Positions 38,152 through 52,134 of a stretch of DNA of 64,000 nucleotides are shown one piece after another. Position 1 is the stretch's first letter. Every line of letters starts with the position of its first letter. The position numbers and the translations under genes were made by a program. The notes beneath the pieces are model-generated. The model made no database searches and was not told the origin of the DNA. It saw only the letters and a program-made list of their open reading frames with translations. This DNA comes from Octopus vulgaris (lineage: Eukaryota), in NCBI GenBank assembly GCA_951406725.2, contig OX597814.1, positions 47,058,001-47,122,000 of the forward strand, in the 5' to 3' direction.

Positions 38152-38841
38152 TATGGTAGATCAGTATCAAGACAACACAAATGTTGGTGGAAGCTCGTTA
38201 CACAAGAGTTTCACTTAACTTCTGGACGTCACATAACATAAAACATAACTTCATTGACAACATCATTGTATAATTTGAATACCAAATATCACACACTGCT
38301 TGCAGTGTCTGGAACTCTTTCGTTTCTTTTCTTTTTACTTTGTTACCTCATTAGAGGTGAGAAGACAGCCTCTAACTTCTTCATGTTTTCTGAGGAATTA
38401 CAACCGTGTTTCGTGGTCTGCTACAACAACAGCTCCTTTATAGGATCCAGTTAGCTCAAGACATCATCAGGAGGAACCACATCCGGTTTCGGCCCCTACT
38501 CCTCTACCATTTTGACGTGGCGGGCCCCCCACACTTTCGGAGGTGTCTTCAGCTCTGGTGTTGGGTGCATGTCTTCTTCTTTCTTCTGTTCCCTGGCTTC
38601 TTCGATGTATCGTCAGCGAGTGTCAGCCGGTGACTGACTAACTTGTCAAAATGTTCCCTTTAAATACCTGCCGCTAGGCTCCAGCAGGGAGCCCCAAAAA
38701 GTTGTCACGTGACACTGTCTCACCTTAGTTATCCTCAGATCGGAGACCTGAGCCCAATACTTGCAACAGAGTGGCTTCCGCTAAAGACCCTTAAGAACCA
38801 GTTTATGGTGCTGAACCAGATATTGGATTGAGTCTACCACA
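38152..38841. mobile_element. Putative solo LTR or TIR element
   Basis: GC-richer block with terminal inverted T(A/G)TGGTAGA...TCTACCACA, flanks CAAA/TAAA, TATTTAAA on the minus strand. Confidence 0.5.
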
Positions 38842-40009
38842 TAAAAGCAAAAACGGTTCTTCTGACGGGTTTCTACACAGATTCCGTCTTCCAAATTTAC
38901 TTTGGTTAACCCAGAGTTACGGTAAAAGACACTACTTGGTCAATATGTCGCACAATGAGATCGAACGCGAAACCAAGTAGTTGCGATGTGAACTTCTTAA
39001 ACACACAGCCATACCCGCACAACATCTTAGTAACAGTAGAGGGCGCTGCACAATGAAACATACGAACATTTCAGTGATGAGAGAAAGACTGAAAACTACG
39101 GTAATTATAAAATATTATTTTGAGGCAATCTGAGAACGGTTTATCTTCCAAGGTTGATAAAATAGCTAGTAATTAGTCAAATATTGCACCCTAGATTTAA
39201 GGAGACTTACAATAGGACAATTCAGGGCAACTCATATCTAGTTATGGTACACTACAGATGTATACCAAAACTGTTAGTTTGGTACACTGATCAAAATAAC
39301 AGCATTGACTATTTCAGTGATATCTTCAATGGCGACTTCTGTTCAATTTGAAGTTATCAAACACCTACATTATTAAAGAATCTGTAGCCATTTGTCAGAT
39401 CTTTTGATTGCATCACAAGGTAGAGTCATATATCTTTGTAACAAATAAAAGAGAGAAAATATGAAGAACCATACATGTATGCGTACCAGGAATTAAACTG
39501 AAAAAATACATACTTTATTGACTAAGAAAATGAAATATCTTAAGAAAAAAAAAACAGGAAAGGCTGCGGTAATATATATTTCTAATTAAGATTAGATGTT
39601 TTTTAAAGGAAGATTTTTTTGAGACCTATCAACATTTATCTTTTTGTTAATCAATCAATCCAGAAAAGCCTGTTGTTTAAACATCTGTTCACTAGTGGAT
39701 AATTAGTAAAATATTCTTTTTAAAAGGAGATGGAAGACGGACATGCATCTAACAATGTAGCACTGTAATAATGCACATTATCTTCTATAAATCTCATACC
39801 ATATACTATACACCTAACCTAAATTACTACTATGCACGTAGGATTGACATTCACAGAAGCTGAATCATTTACTCAGCAACATTTTCAAGAAGTTTTGGTG
39901 TTCGAAAATAAAAGCAAAAACTGAATCATGTGCAAAAAAGAATTCAAACAAGACCGCTGATTGCAACAGCAAAGAAATCTACTGTTACACCATTGAGCAG
40001 TTGCAATAA

Positions 40010-40392
40010 TAACGAGAGCACTCAGAGAGTGCAAACCTCCACCAATGCAACACCAACGTCCTCTCAACGATTAGCCGGAGATGATTTTTAAAATGAGAAT
40101 ATCTGAAATAAATTCGACTGCTCTCACAAACGAGAATACTAAAAATGAACCCGACCGCTCTCAAAAATTAAGTAAAAAAAATAAAAACAGGAAAAATAAT
40201 CCAGAATCTTTTTCTGGTACCGGATCGATCCCCAAATCTAATCAGTTCATACCAGTCACGAGGCCAAACATCCTTGAAAGTGTCGTCCGAGTCTATCCAG
40301 CGGTTCTTGAGATATCTTGTCCACGGACAAACAAACAAACAAACAAACACGACTGAAAACAATACCACCGCCTCCGCTAAGGCGGAGGTAAT
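40010..40392. mobile_element. Helentron-associated (HINE/DINE-1-like) non-autonomous element
   Basis: Subterminal inverted ACCTCC(A/G)CC / GGCGGAGGT, terminal hairpin CCTCCGCTAAGGCGGAGG, internal (AAAC)n, A-rich flanks. Confidence 0.65.
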
Positions 40393-41563
40393 AAAGATTT
40401 CTATCACTGATACAACTTAATACTTTTTATTAAGAAGAGTGTAGTAAATTTAACCTACTCAATACTTCAAGTTGTCCTCTGGAACTTTATTTTATCGACC
40501 CCGACAGTATCTGAAGATAGATCATAGAGTACCATAACTACTACAACGCATTTTGGAACCATTTCTGATTTTGGCACATGGTCAGTAACTTTGAGGGGAG
40601 AAGAGTTAGTCGATACTATCGGCCCCAGTTCTTGGTTGGTATTTTACTTTATCGATGTCGGAAATATGAAAGACAAAGTCAAGCTCGGAGGGATTTAAAC
40701 CAAAACGTAAAGAACCATAAATTCAGCAAGGTATTTTTGCAATGCACAAACAATTCCGCCAATCCACCGCCCTTTATCATTATATTAATATTGCTAGCAA
40801 ATTCGAATACCAAAATTCAAAAAAGCTCAATTTATTCTATACCTATGACTGAAATGAGAGAAACCGGGTTAATGGAGCAAGCCACCACTTGCCCAGGGTC
40901 ACCAATGAAAGAATGTAAAAATACATATAAAAGATTTTTTTTTTGCTCAAATAGGAATGATGAGAATCTAACATAAAAAAAGAGAGTTATTTTAAATAAA
41001 TAGAATACAATGAAACAACTGATTCTAACAAAGATATATTGGGTACGAGAGTTTCTTCGTCCAAAATCCGTGAATACTCAGATATTTCCTATGAGAGACT
41101 AATGTAAAAACATAACAGCATAAGAAATATAAACACATTAAAGACCAAGCAAATCACTTTTATTTTCTATTATTATAAGGAAAAAACCTTTTCCCAACAA
41201 ACAAAAGAAACCTGAAATTTTCGCAAGGACGGCAAAGCAATCGCCATAGCCCTGGGTATTTAATCTTATATCTCCATCATCACCAACAAAGAATATCCTG
41301 CCTACCCCAGGTTTGCCTGGTAAGGCAATGGAAAGCTTGCTTCAACAATTCAAAATAAAACTAGTAATGTTAAAAATAATTGAGAATTAAGCTATTCAAA
41401 ACAATGATAGCCTGCTACACGAAGTGCTTCAAATAGAATAAAATATAAGAAAAATATTACAAAAATTCGAGAAGTGATGAACAAAATCTAAACACACAAA
41501 AAATAAGAGTAAACGTTGTGAACAGTGAATAGTAAACCAGAAAAAGGAAAAGGAAAAGAAGTA

Positions 41564-41597
41564 GACTGACGTTTCGGGTGAAACCTTTATCAAAGTC
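41564..41597 (-). ncRNA. Degenerate minimal hammerhead motif (Penelope pLTR-like)
   Basis: Minus strand: gact-TTGATAA-aggtttcaccc-GAAA-cg-TC-agtc. Confidence 0.55.
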
Positions 41598-43160
41598 GAG
41601 TAAGAAGCAAGATAAAAGAAACAAAAAAAACAAAACGATGCCTATATGAAGCGTGTGTGTCTAGTCACTTACTGTAATGTGTTTTTTGCATGACATTATT
41701 GCCCGAGGTTACCGTGGTCTTTTCCGTAGGCTTTTCTTTCCTAGGATAAACCTAATGTTTTCCCTTCTATATTAAGACATTTCTGTGATACACGATCCCT
41801 ATTGATCGAAATTCTACCCCACCTTTTCTTCTCTTCCCCAAAAGAGAAGCTCTACTTTGTAGTTTGTCCCCTCTGTGTTCAGCCCTGAGTGGCCAATAAA
41901 GAAACATATATATATATATGCTCTTACATACTGGACCGTCTGAAATCGCAGTCAAACTTTTGGGTGTACCTCGACTTGTTGAGAGTGATATTTGTTTATT
42001 TCTCTCCTCTAATGCCACCCTCTATACAAAATTGATGAGCGTGTCCAATCTCAGCAAAATCCGAAGAAAAGTACTAAGGTTATGCCATAACATAGAATCC
42101 ATGTGACCATTTGCATCAAAATATCCCATTGACTTTTAAATTCCAATACATTATATGAATAATCGATGCTTCGTATGTCGAAGTGCTTAATTTTACTCAT
42201 GGATCAATTTTCTTCAAAATCAATTCATTATTTTATTGTGAGTGAATTTTGACGATTTCTGCCTTTCACCAGTTTAATTATAATTCTACTACATGACTCC
42301 GACCATAAACTTTACCTAAATGTCCGATTTCATCAAAATCGGATGAATTCTGTAAAAGTTACAACATAAAATATTAATCCTACTTTCAAAATAACCATTC
42401 GCAGAATTCATCAGCATCACAATTTCTTTGATAAACATTTCAATATACATATTTACTAACATTGTTGTGGATGCTTCCATACACACACACACACACACGC
42501 CACACACACACACACACGCACACGCACGCACACGCACGCACACACACACACACAACTAACAAAGCAACGTGGGAAAATTAACTCAAATTATGCAGCTGAA
42601 TTAGGCAACCTAACAGAAAAAAACGGAAATAAAAAACAAAAATTATATAACCATTCTGTGAGCGTGTACGTACGTACGTGCGTGCGTGCATGTGTGTGCG
42701 TGTGTGTGTGTGAGTGTAAGTGTGTGTGCGTGTGTGTTATGTTTATGCTGTTGAGTGCCAGGATTCGTTGTATCTGATATTCTTTGATGTTGCTGGTAAG
42801 AGAGAGGGTGGATTCGGCAGATGCTACTTTTATTCTATTTATTCGATGGTTGATGTAATACAAGGGGTAGTTGTGTAGCTGTGTCTGTGGTGCGGTGGAA
42901 CGAGAGGAGAGGGGGAGAAACCGTGGTGTCAGTTTCCCTCTGAAACTTTAAAGCTTACACCAAAATTCGAATCAAGAAACGAACATTATATCGCACACGT
43001 AATAATTAACATCAAAATCTTAAGTGAATACACCCAGAAGCAAACTGGATTTACATATGGGAGTTTATCTCAACCTTTACAAGCTAGGAAAAAGCAAAAC
43101 TCTACACATGACATGAGTCACAACACTGAATAATGCTTCGCTTCTGTCTCCCGCTTTCTC

Positions 43161-43219
<59 letters not shown>

Positions 43220-43245
43220 CATTACATATATATATATATATATAT

Positions 43246-43505
43246 CGACCAGGCTATCAGATGTTGCTACACATCGCTGGTGACAATGCGCTTCGCATTG
43301 TTTTAGCCTTCAAATGACGCCACCCCGCCGGCTAAGCGAGCAGGCCAACAAAAGAAAGAGTGAGAGAAAGTTGTAGTACAGCAGGGATCGCCACCATCCC
43401 CTGCCGGAGCCTCGTGGAGCTTTACGCACAACGCCTGGTCTAGGAATCGAAACCGCGATCCTACGACCGCGAATCCGCTGCCCTAACCACTGGGCCATTG
43501 CGCCT

Positions 43506-43509
<4 letters not shown>
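43246..43509 (-). mobile_element. SINE family D head with a different 3' tail
   Basis: Head matches 22070-22252; tail is unrelated to 21938-22060. Confidence 0.85.
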
Positions 43510-43579
<70 letters not shown>

Positions 43580-43584
<5 letters not shown>

Positions 43585-43752
43585 TTTATAGAAGGAGTTT
43601 ACACAAAAGAAATCATCAGGGAGCTTCCTGATGATTTCTTTTGAATGAAACAGTTCTAGTCCTGTAGAAGCTCCTTCTATAAAATAAATTAATTTACTCT
43701 GCTATGTATTGAGTACCTTATTTACTGTGGTTAACCCCGACTCAACCCGGGA

Positions 43753-43754
<2 letters not shown>
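43580..43754 (+). mobile_element. (TA)n-flanked fold-back element with CTGATGA...GAAA core followed by AATAAA (PLE terminus-like)
   Basis: Inverted arms 43580-43620 and 43627-43688; core at 43628-43650. Confidence 0.55.
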
Positions 43755-43814
<60 letters not shown>

Positions 43815-43815
<1 letters not shown>

Positions 43816-43906
43816 CTCTGAAGATGATAGTATTTGTTAAGGTCGTTCAATATATTCAATCGATCAGTTGAACTCACCTACAACGTATATCAAAAACAGC
43901 TGTAAG
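43815..43906 (+). ncRNA. Degenerate hammerhead with long stem II
   Basis: ct-CTGAAGA-[~67-nt imperfect hairpin]-aAAA-CAGCTG-TA-ag; palindromic ACAGCTGT; G12 mutated. Confidence 0.5.
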
Positions 43907-44440
43907 TCTACGATGCACGAGTAAATAAATATATCAAGACCATTATTTATACCTTTTGTGTGTGGTGTGTGTGTGTGTGTGTGTGTGTGTGGTTATTCAG
44001 AAAAACAGAGATAATGCTCTTATCCTTCCGCTCTGGTGAGATCGGTGCAGTTGATGTTTAGTTTGATCATCTTTAGGTCAACGTTTTTGGGAAAATGTAG
44101 CTAAGAATGGAATGCCAAAAGATACTGGGATAAACGATAAGACAAAGTGATTAATGCGATATTTCAGAAGTGCTAGGTAGTAGCGTGATGAACGAGTTGA
44201 GATATATGCGTGTTAGGTGTACCTAGGTGAAGAAAATACGTAGGTAGACATTTAGAAAAAGCAATGGGTTGAAGAGAAAGACAAGAAACAGCGCAACCAA
44301 CTGTAAGCTATTGATTGAAGTACGTTGGCGATTGAGTCTTTGTTGAATGGCTTTATTTTAGTTATGGTTGTGGATGTTTTTGTGGACAATATTCAGACAC
44401 ACCCTCGACAGCCTTTTATTGAAAGATCACGGAAGAATAA

Positions 44441-44560
44441 TATTAGGTTGTCCCAAAAGTTCGTTTACACTTGCGAAAATTGAATTTTTACTCGCCAAGT
44501 ACTAACAAAAACAACAAAAATTATTCCTCAAAATAAAGACCATTATTTTCCAAGAACTCC
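44441..44560 (-). mobile_element. Mariner 3' end fragment
   Basis: Minus strand VLENNGLYFEE* (transposase C-terminus-like) followed by a TIR-like end TATTAGGTTGTCC. Confidence 0.55.
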
Positions 44561-45289
44561 TGAAAGATTTAAAGTTTCACATGAGACGCTCAGTGAATGA
44601 TAACTGTTTGCAATATTTCTTTTGAAGTTTTGAACGGTAAAATGAGTGAAATATAATAATAAACAATAAACAAAATCGGAAAAAAACAAGAATTACAACA
44701 CATGTCCAACTTTAAAAAAAGAAACGCTTATAAATGAATATTGTTTAGAATTTATTCGCAACTATTTAAAATGAACCCAGACAAATAGATTAGAATATAC
44801 AACCCTAATGCGATCGGAAAAAACAAAACTATGTTTTGTTAAAAGTTATGAGATACAAACGTGTTCAGAAGATTAAGAAGCTATTTATGAACAGTGATCT
44901 TGAAGTAAAGTTTAGCGAAATCTTCTATATATAAAATAGAAAAGCAAAAACCTGGGTTGAGTATATTTAGGTCACGAGCGAAAAGGATACGAATAGCAAC
45001 AAAACTGAGAAAGTTGTGTGCATTATAGATAATAACTTTAAAGTTATTATTAAATATATACATCTAATAATTTGTAACCATCTAATCATTAGAGTGGGGA
45101 AAAATAATCAGGAAAGGCATTCTTACACACACATGTATATTCGTTTTCAGGAGATGGTCAGAGGTGGAAGGGGCAGTGTCGATGACTGTTGCAAATTGGC
45201 ACTTGCAGACTGTACATAGGTAGCTGATTACACAGTGTAATCAGTTCGGCCTCTCCCTTGTTCTAATATTGTCTTTGTATTGCGAGTTA

Positions 45290-45347
<58 letters not shown>

Positions 45348-46606
45348 TGAAAGAGAGAAAAAGAGAGAGATGATTTAGTGGTTGCTTTTCCGCATACATT
45401 CTGATTGACTCAAAATAGTAAACAATAGTGAATAAAACGCATTTTTTGATACATTTTGAAAATAATTTGTACCATTAAAACAACATTTCTTTATGCTTTT
45501 ATTATTCTTTAAGAGTATTTTTATTATTAGCGAAATAATAAAGTAACAGTCTAAATGTCTGAGATTGAATTTTCGTGCCCATTAACATTTTGTTTAGAGT
45601 GTTTATTTACAAAATTTATAGCTTCATGATAGTTTGATTGTTCCAGGCTAATAATGTTCTTACCTTTTTCTGTAATTGCATACTACTCATATGTAATAAT
45701 CTTACCAATGGACTAACGGATAAGAACGTTATTACGTTTAATTCAGAAATAAAAGTTCCTTGTTCGATTCAAGCCTAAGCCTGAAATTATGTATATTTTT
45801 AGGAGTAAGACCTTTGATGAGATTGTGAGACCAAAGTGATCAAAATGTAGATGTAAATATTGGAAATATACCTTCTAAAGATGAAATTAATAGTCTTCAA
45901 TCTTGTAATCTTATGAATGTAATATATACTTTTACCATGATGCAATGGGTTGAATTTCAAATACGTGATCTCTCATCAAATCAATTGCCAAACAGCTGCA
46001 ACTCAAGAAAGGTGTAGGGCAGGATTCATAACAGTCGAATTGTTGACAGGAACTTCGCTACGGGCTAGCTAGGAGGGAGTTGGTCGGCAGCGAAGTGGAC
46101 TTTCGGATTGAGAAGAAATAATGTTAGCAATGAGCGGTAACTGAATCTGAATTAACTAACTAATTAGAAATAACTGGCGACTTAACTCCTGATGTACGTA
46201 AAGAAGTAAACTTTTGACAAATATATTCTCGTCTCCACTAGTTTATTGTGTATAGCTTAACAAAGCTATAAAGGTATAAATATTTTCCCAAATGAAGTAA
46301 AATCCAGATTTAGGAATCTCTCAATGTTATTCTTGACAATTTTGTATCTCCTTTTAATTAATTCTATTGACTAGTAAAACAAATGTTCTTGTAAGATCTA
46401 CAAAGCAGAGTTATGATCATCCTATCTTATGATACATACGTACATATGTATGTATGTGTGTGTGTGTATGTATGTATGTATGTATGTATGTATGTATTTA
46501 TGTATGTATGTATGTAGGTAGGTAGGTAGGTAGGTTGGTAGGTTGGTAGGTAGGTAGGTATATATATATTTATATATATGTACATGTATTCAATTTATAA
46601 TTGCAG

Positions 46607-46741
46607 GTGATGTACGTCACAGCAACAAGTCCGTACATATTCATGTTAATTCTTCTAATCCGAGGAAGTTTGCTGCCAGGTGCAAAGGAAGGCATCATTT
46701 TCTACTTAAAGCCCAATTTTGAACGGCTTAAGGATATTCAG
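46607..46741 (+). CDS. SLC6: SLC6 exon 4 (TM5), 135 nt
   Basis: tgcag|GTGATG...TTCAG|gtagaa; [45 protein letters not shown]. Not in the ORF track. Confidence 0.96.
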
Positions 46742-47107
46742 GTAGAAATCTTTCCTTAATCTTTTACAAAAATATTTGACTTCTTTTCACCCTCCACTAA
46801 TTTGCTATTTTCTTTCTCTTTCTCTTTCTGTCTTCTCAATCCTCCCCTATTTCTTTCTATTTATTCCATTCTCTTTATACTCCTCTATCAATCTTCTCTC
46901 TCATCACTTCACTCAGTGTCTATCTCTTCTAATACTCATGTCGTCTCTGACTTCCTTTCTATCTGACTAATAACCTTAAGATGGTGGTATCTTTTGGTTA
47001 TCCAAAGTCGGAGATGGCATAGCTAACTAGACCACTTGCTAACCGAACAAATGAGGTAAAGGACAACCAAATTGTTTATTTCTTTCATTTTCGTATTTCT
47101 GTTTTAG

Positions 47108-47211
47108 GTGTGGGTGGATGCAGGATCGCAAATTTTCTTCTCCTACTCTATATCCCTTGGAGCCCTCACGGCATTGGGTAGCTACAATGTCTTCAACCAT
47201 AATTGTTTCAG
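47108..47211 (+). CDS. SLC6: SLC6 exon 5 (TM6), 104 nt
   Basis: tttag|GTGTGG...TTCAG|gtaatt; [35 protein letters not shown]. Confidence 0.96.
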
Positions 47212-47690
47212 GTAATTTATTTCTCGCCAGAGCCATCAATGTTAATTTGGTCCTGTGCAATTAATACTTCTGGTAAGTTTATTATGCACTGGACATAACA
47301 TACACGAAATGTGTTTTTAGATGGTTCCAGCTTTTATTTAATCTTACAAAAGACTGCAGTTTACTTCATTTTTATTATTATTTTTTAATGTTCATTTTTG
47401 TTTCAAGTTATTCAGTTAACTTCGTAGTTTTAATAACTCTGGCTCTGATGTTATTTTCACAGAAGTTTTGTGAAAGAAGCATTTTTATACAGGCAGACAT
47501 TTTTTCTTTTTTCTTTTTCGGTTGAAAAATATTGAATTTTTATATAGTTTATATCAACACATTTTTATGTGCCCCATTTACTTAACTTAATGAATAGAAT
47601 ATGAACGTTAAACTCTTTTCATTTATGAATGTCATTCCTATTTTTGTATGTGTGTATGTGCACGCGTAAGTTTGTAGTGTGTGTATGTGT

Positions 47691-47778
47691 ATGTGATCTT
47701 GCGTGTGCATGTGATCTTGCGTTTGCATGTGATCTTGCGTGTGTATGTGATCTTGCGTGTGTATGTGATCGTGCGTGT
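47691..47778. repeat. 18-bp minisatellite, ~5 units (ATGTGATCTTGCGTGTGT)
   Basis: Directly visible. Confidence 0.9.
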
Positions 47779-49857
47779 TTTTGTATGTGCGTGGAAGGAT
47801 AGACCAAGAACGGTTTTTGGTAGTGAATATATGATTAAAAATTATCTTAGTAACGTGGTATCGTTGTTATTAATTACACCACGTATTTCTGTAAGAAAGA
47901 ACAACTTAGGAAAAACAAAATTTGTAGGTAATGAACAGCGATTTGGACCTTTCGAGCTGTTTGGCATAAATGGCAAATATATATATAATAAAACATGATG
48001 CTTGCCACAAATTTTTAGAAACGGACTTTTAAATTTATTGGCTAAATTTATTCATTAAAAATTTCATCCGTTTATATAATTATGCTATTTTGAATTTCAT
48101 ATTAATTTAACAGATTGTATTGAAATATTTTGCAAAGAAAGTTTAATGATACAAAAAGGAACTGTTTTGATGGGAGACATCAGACAAATTACTATAGGAT
48201 AATGCAGCAGTTAGACTTATATATTTTCATTGAACAGGTTTCACAAAATTTCTAATAAATATAACACAGACTACACTAACATTAATAATAACATTGACAA
48301 AATATGTTCTGGTGTTTTGGTTGCGGAAAGACAGTATTGATAAACTACAAAAATTTAAGCAATTGGAATGAATATGTAGATACTCTTACACACTTCATCA
48401 CTATTTTATTTCATTTACATCTCGGACGTCTCATCTATTTCAATTGGAAAATATATGAAGAAATTTGTGGTTGTTTCTACTATAGAGTATGAATGCCTGC
48501 ATCATAATTAAATTCCAAAGCAAGTTCCACAAATCATTACAATGAGTCTATGCATTTAGGTTGTGAGCTGCGTTGCAATTGCGAAGTCTTTTGTGTTTTC
48601 GGTTGGGTGTAACACGTAAGAGCACAAAAATTGTCAATTTAGCCACAAGTTCAATTAGTAAATTTATGCTTAGACTGAACTAGCAGTTCTACGAACGTAG
48701 TGGAGCGATTCAAATCAGACAAGAGTTATTCAAATTGATTATACAGCTCAGTAACTCGTTAGCTATTCCAGGGACCTTCTTCCATATAACTTTTTAACAC
48801 TGAAAGAGCTGTGTTTTCCAGTTTTATGAGTCTGTATAGCTTAAGGCAAAACGAGGGAGTGACAATAGAGGTATAAACTTTACAACATAAACATTACTTG
48901 ATGGTTCACTGGTTCTTTTGATTTCGAATATGATTCTCATGTGACACTTGCCTGGACTAGTTTTTAAGCTGAATGTTAGAGCTTTAAAATGTTCTATTTA
49001 AGGAAAAAAGAAAAACGAACAAATGTAGTCTAAAAATAAGGAACAATTTAAGAATTGAGTTCAATTATAAGAAATTTGAAACTGAATTGTGTGTATGTTG
49101 TGAAAATGAACTAGTCAATAACATGTGCTAATACGTAAAACCATTCAAGTGAAAAGATATCAACAGTAAACAACAAATTTTAGATATATAAAATATAGTT
49201 CTAATAATACTTATTGTTGAGGGTTACTGAAATCATGCACATCAAAAATAATTCATTCCAGCTTAAAGGAAAATATTCTTAAAGATATCTATAAGACTGG
49301 AAATCATTTGCTTTGTATGGGTATAAAAATGTTCGCATGAAGAACTAATATTGAACTTTTTAGTCTCGTATAGCTTAAGAAATAAGTTCAATTAAAAAGT
49401 ATGAAAATTCTTTTGCATGGCTTAGTTAGAGAAAGAAGGGGTACATTTACCACCCTTTTCAGAGTCTCCAACACAGGTCCAGGAAAGCTATCCTCTAACT
49501 GGAACCCTATTTCCAACTATAAGTATCCAAAGACTAGGGCTAGGCGGTGGTGTTAAACCAGGTAGCGGGTTAAATCTAACCCCCCTCCTCACACAAGAAC
49601 AGGAATGTACCAGCAGATTGGTTTCCGCAGGTTTTACCTATCGTATTTCATTCTTATTAAATTTGAAATCAGGAAGCTATGAAGTGCAATCTTAAACACA
49701 GTCATTTTAATAGATCAAATCCATGTCTATTTTTACATACTTTATTCATTTAAAAATATATTCATTATATAGATATATATATTTGTGTGTGTGTGTTTGT
49801 GTGTATGTGTGTGTGTGTGTGTGTGTGCGCGTGTGTGTGTGTATGTGTGTGTGTGTT

Positions 49858-50100
49858 GAAGGCTCATATTCCAGTGGTTAGGTGTTTGATTCATGATCAT
49901 AAGGCCATAGGACCAGAATGAGGTGAGGAGGTGCTACTGTGTCTTGGGGTAAGCCACGTCATTTCACGCTGCTCCAGTCTACTTAGCTGAAAATGAGTTC
50001 CAATCAACAGATTGCGGGTACATCCTTCTCTACCTCCAGCTGTCACATCACAGATGTTCCACTGAGTAAATGATGTAAGGAACAAGAGGGTGACTATGCT
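49858..50100 (+). mobile_element. Degenerate SINE C-like copy
   Basis: ATTTCACGCTGCTCCAGTCTACTTAGCTG core; a related fragment lies at 59036-59270. Confidence 0.6.
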
Positions 50101-50211
50101 TCGGACTACATAGACACCTTAAACAATTGGTGAAAGTGTTGTACAAGCTACCATACGATATTTACTTGCAAATATCAGCTAATTTTACACACACACACGC
50201 ATGCACCCACA

Positions 50212-50263
<52 letters not shown>

Positions 50264-50475
50264 TACACACACACACATATACACACACATACATTTTTTT
50301 AAGGAGATTTGTTGTGTAAAGCCGAAACGCTGCGAGAAGATATAAAGTAATCTACAAAAACAAAAAGATTGCATTACCCTATATTTCTATATTTCGAAAC
50401 TATGACCCCTTCTTCAGGACATTTAGAAAAGCAAGGGATGGAAAAGGTCGTTGTTCAGAGGCACGCATACACACA

Positions 50476-50577
<102 letters not shown>

Positions 50578-50644
50578 TACACATACATATATACGTACAT
50601 CCATACATATATATATACATACATACATACATACATGCATACAT

Positions 50645-50675
<31 letters not shown>

Positions 50676-50890
50676 CGTAGGAAAATAAAAAGTCTGTATT
50701 TTACACATGAAAAGTGGGCTATCTTCAAGGATAACAATGTGAATAAAATATGTGCTGATTGCCATGTACAAGTTCAGTTCATTTGGATATTCGGAGACAA
50801 AGTATACATATTACTTTGCCTGTATATTTGTGTGTGGAAGTTTATAAATTGCAGTCTGAGACAAACTCTCGATTTCAGTTCTTATAAACA

Positions 50891-50947
<57 letters not shown>

Positions 50948-51274
50948 CCGAATATATATGTAACAGATTGGGTGATAGAATCTTGTCCAACTATATTGCT
51001 GTGACTTTACGTATATATGAAATCTTTAGCAAAACATTTTCTTCCTGAAGAGAAGCTGTGTTGAATTTAACAATTTAAAATGAATCTGAACACTTTTCCT
51101 AATAAAACAAATTATTATCAAAATTACTTTCTATTTCACCCAATTATTATCATAATTTGAATAATTTCCAAACAAAATGAAACGAAGGAAGTAAATTCAT
51201 TGCATTCAAGTGCTTGTCGTAAAATTCTAGAATATTCAATGACAAAAACCAACGGAAAATTCAGTAGACTTTGT

Positions 51275-51363
51275 CACCTTGGGCAAGTGTCTTCTACTAT
51301 AGCCTCGGACCGACCAAAGCCTTATGAGTGAATTTGGTAGACGGAAACTAAAAGAAGCCCGTC

Positions 51364-51423
<60 letters not shown>

Positions 51424-51642
51424 GTGTGTACATATGTTTGTGTGTCTGTGTTCGTCCCCCCACCCAACATCGCTTGACAACCGATGTTGGTGTGTTTACG
51501 TCCACATAACTTAGCAGTTCGGCAAAAGAGACCGATAGAATAAGTACTAGGCTTACAAAGAATAAGTCCTGGGGCCGATTTGCTCGACTAAAGGCGGTGC
51601 TCCAGCATGGCCGCAGTCAAACGACTGAAACAAGTAAAAAGA
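51275..51642 (+). mobile_element. SINE family B (5' truncated)
   Basis: CACCTTGGGCAAGTGTCTTCTACTATAGCC through the tail. Confidence 0.9.
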
Positions 51643-52134
51643 AATATTCTAATACAAAGCTAAACTTTATATAATAGTTGCCGTGAATTCTGGATAATGT
51701 ATACAGTTAAGATACCCTTAATCATATGGATGGATTCATGCTTGAAATTCTAATTATGCAAATAGAAACTCTAGATTAAAATCTTTATCTATATGACATA
51801 CTTAACGTACGTATATCGTTGGAAAGTCAGACGCTGCAATGGTTGTCCCGAAAAAAATCCGTTTACAGACGTTAAAAACACAGTGTACTTCAGAGCGAGA
51901 CGAAACGAGCTCGTCACAGAAGCGACTTTGAGAGTGACGAATTTTATTATTTTTGAATATCCAGAGAAACCTACGTAGTACATTGTACAGAAAATACATA
52001 TCTTAATCACGTTGTTACCCTAGATGTTAACTCAGATTTGAAATCACGATATGAAATAGATTCTTTTTTTATTTTCATTTATTATTATTATTGTTATTAT
52101 TATAATTACTATTATTATTATTTGGTTTATTTTC

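Noticed and set aside
50383-50420. Minus-strand CTGAAGA...GAAA (similar partial cores near 18795, 51044, 52532 and 56153)
   Set aside because: Flanking stems cannot be completed; too degenerate to call.
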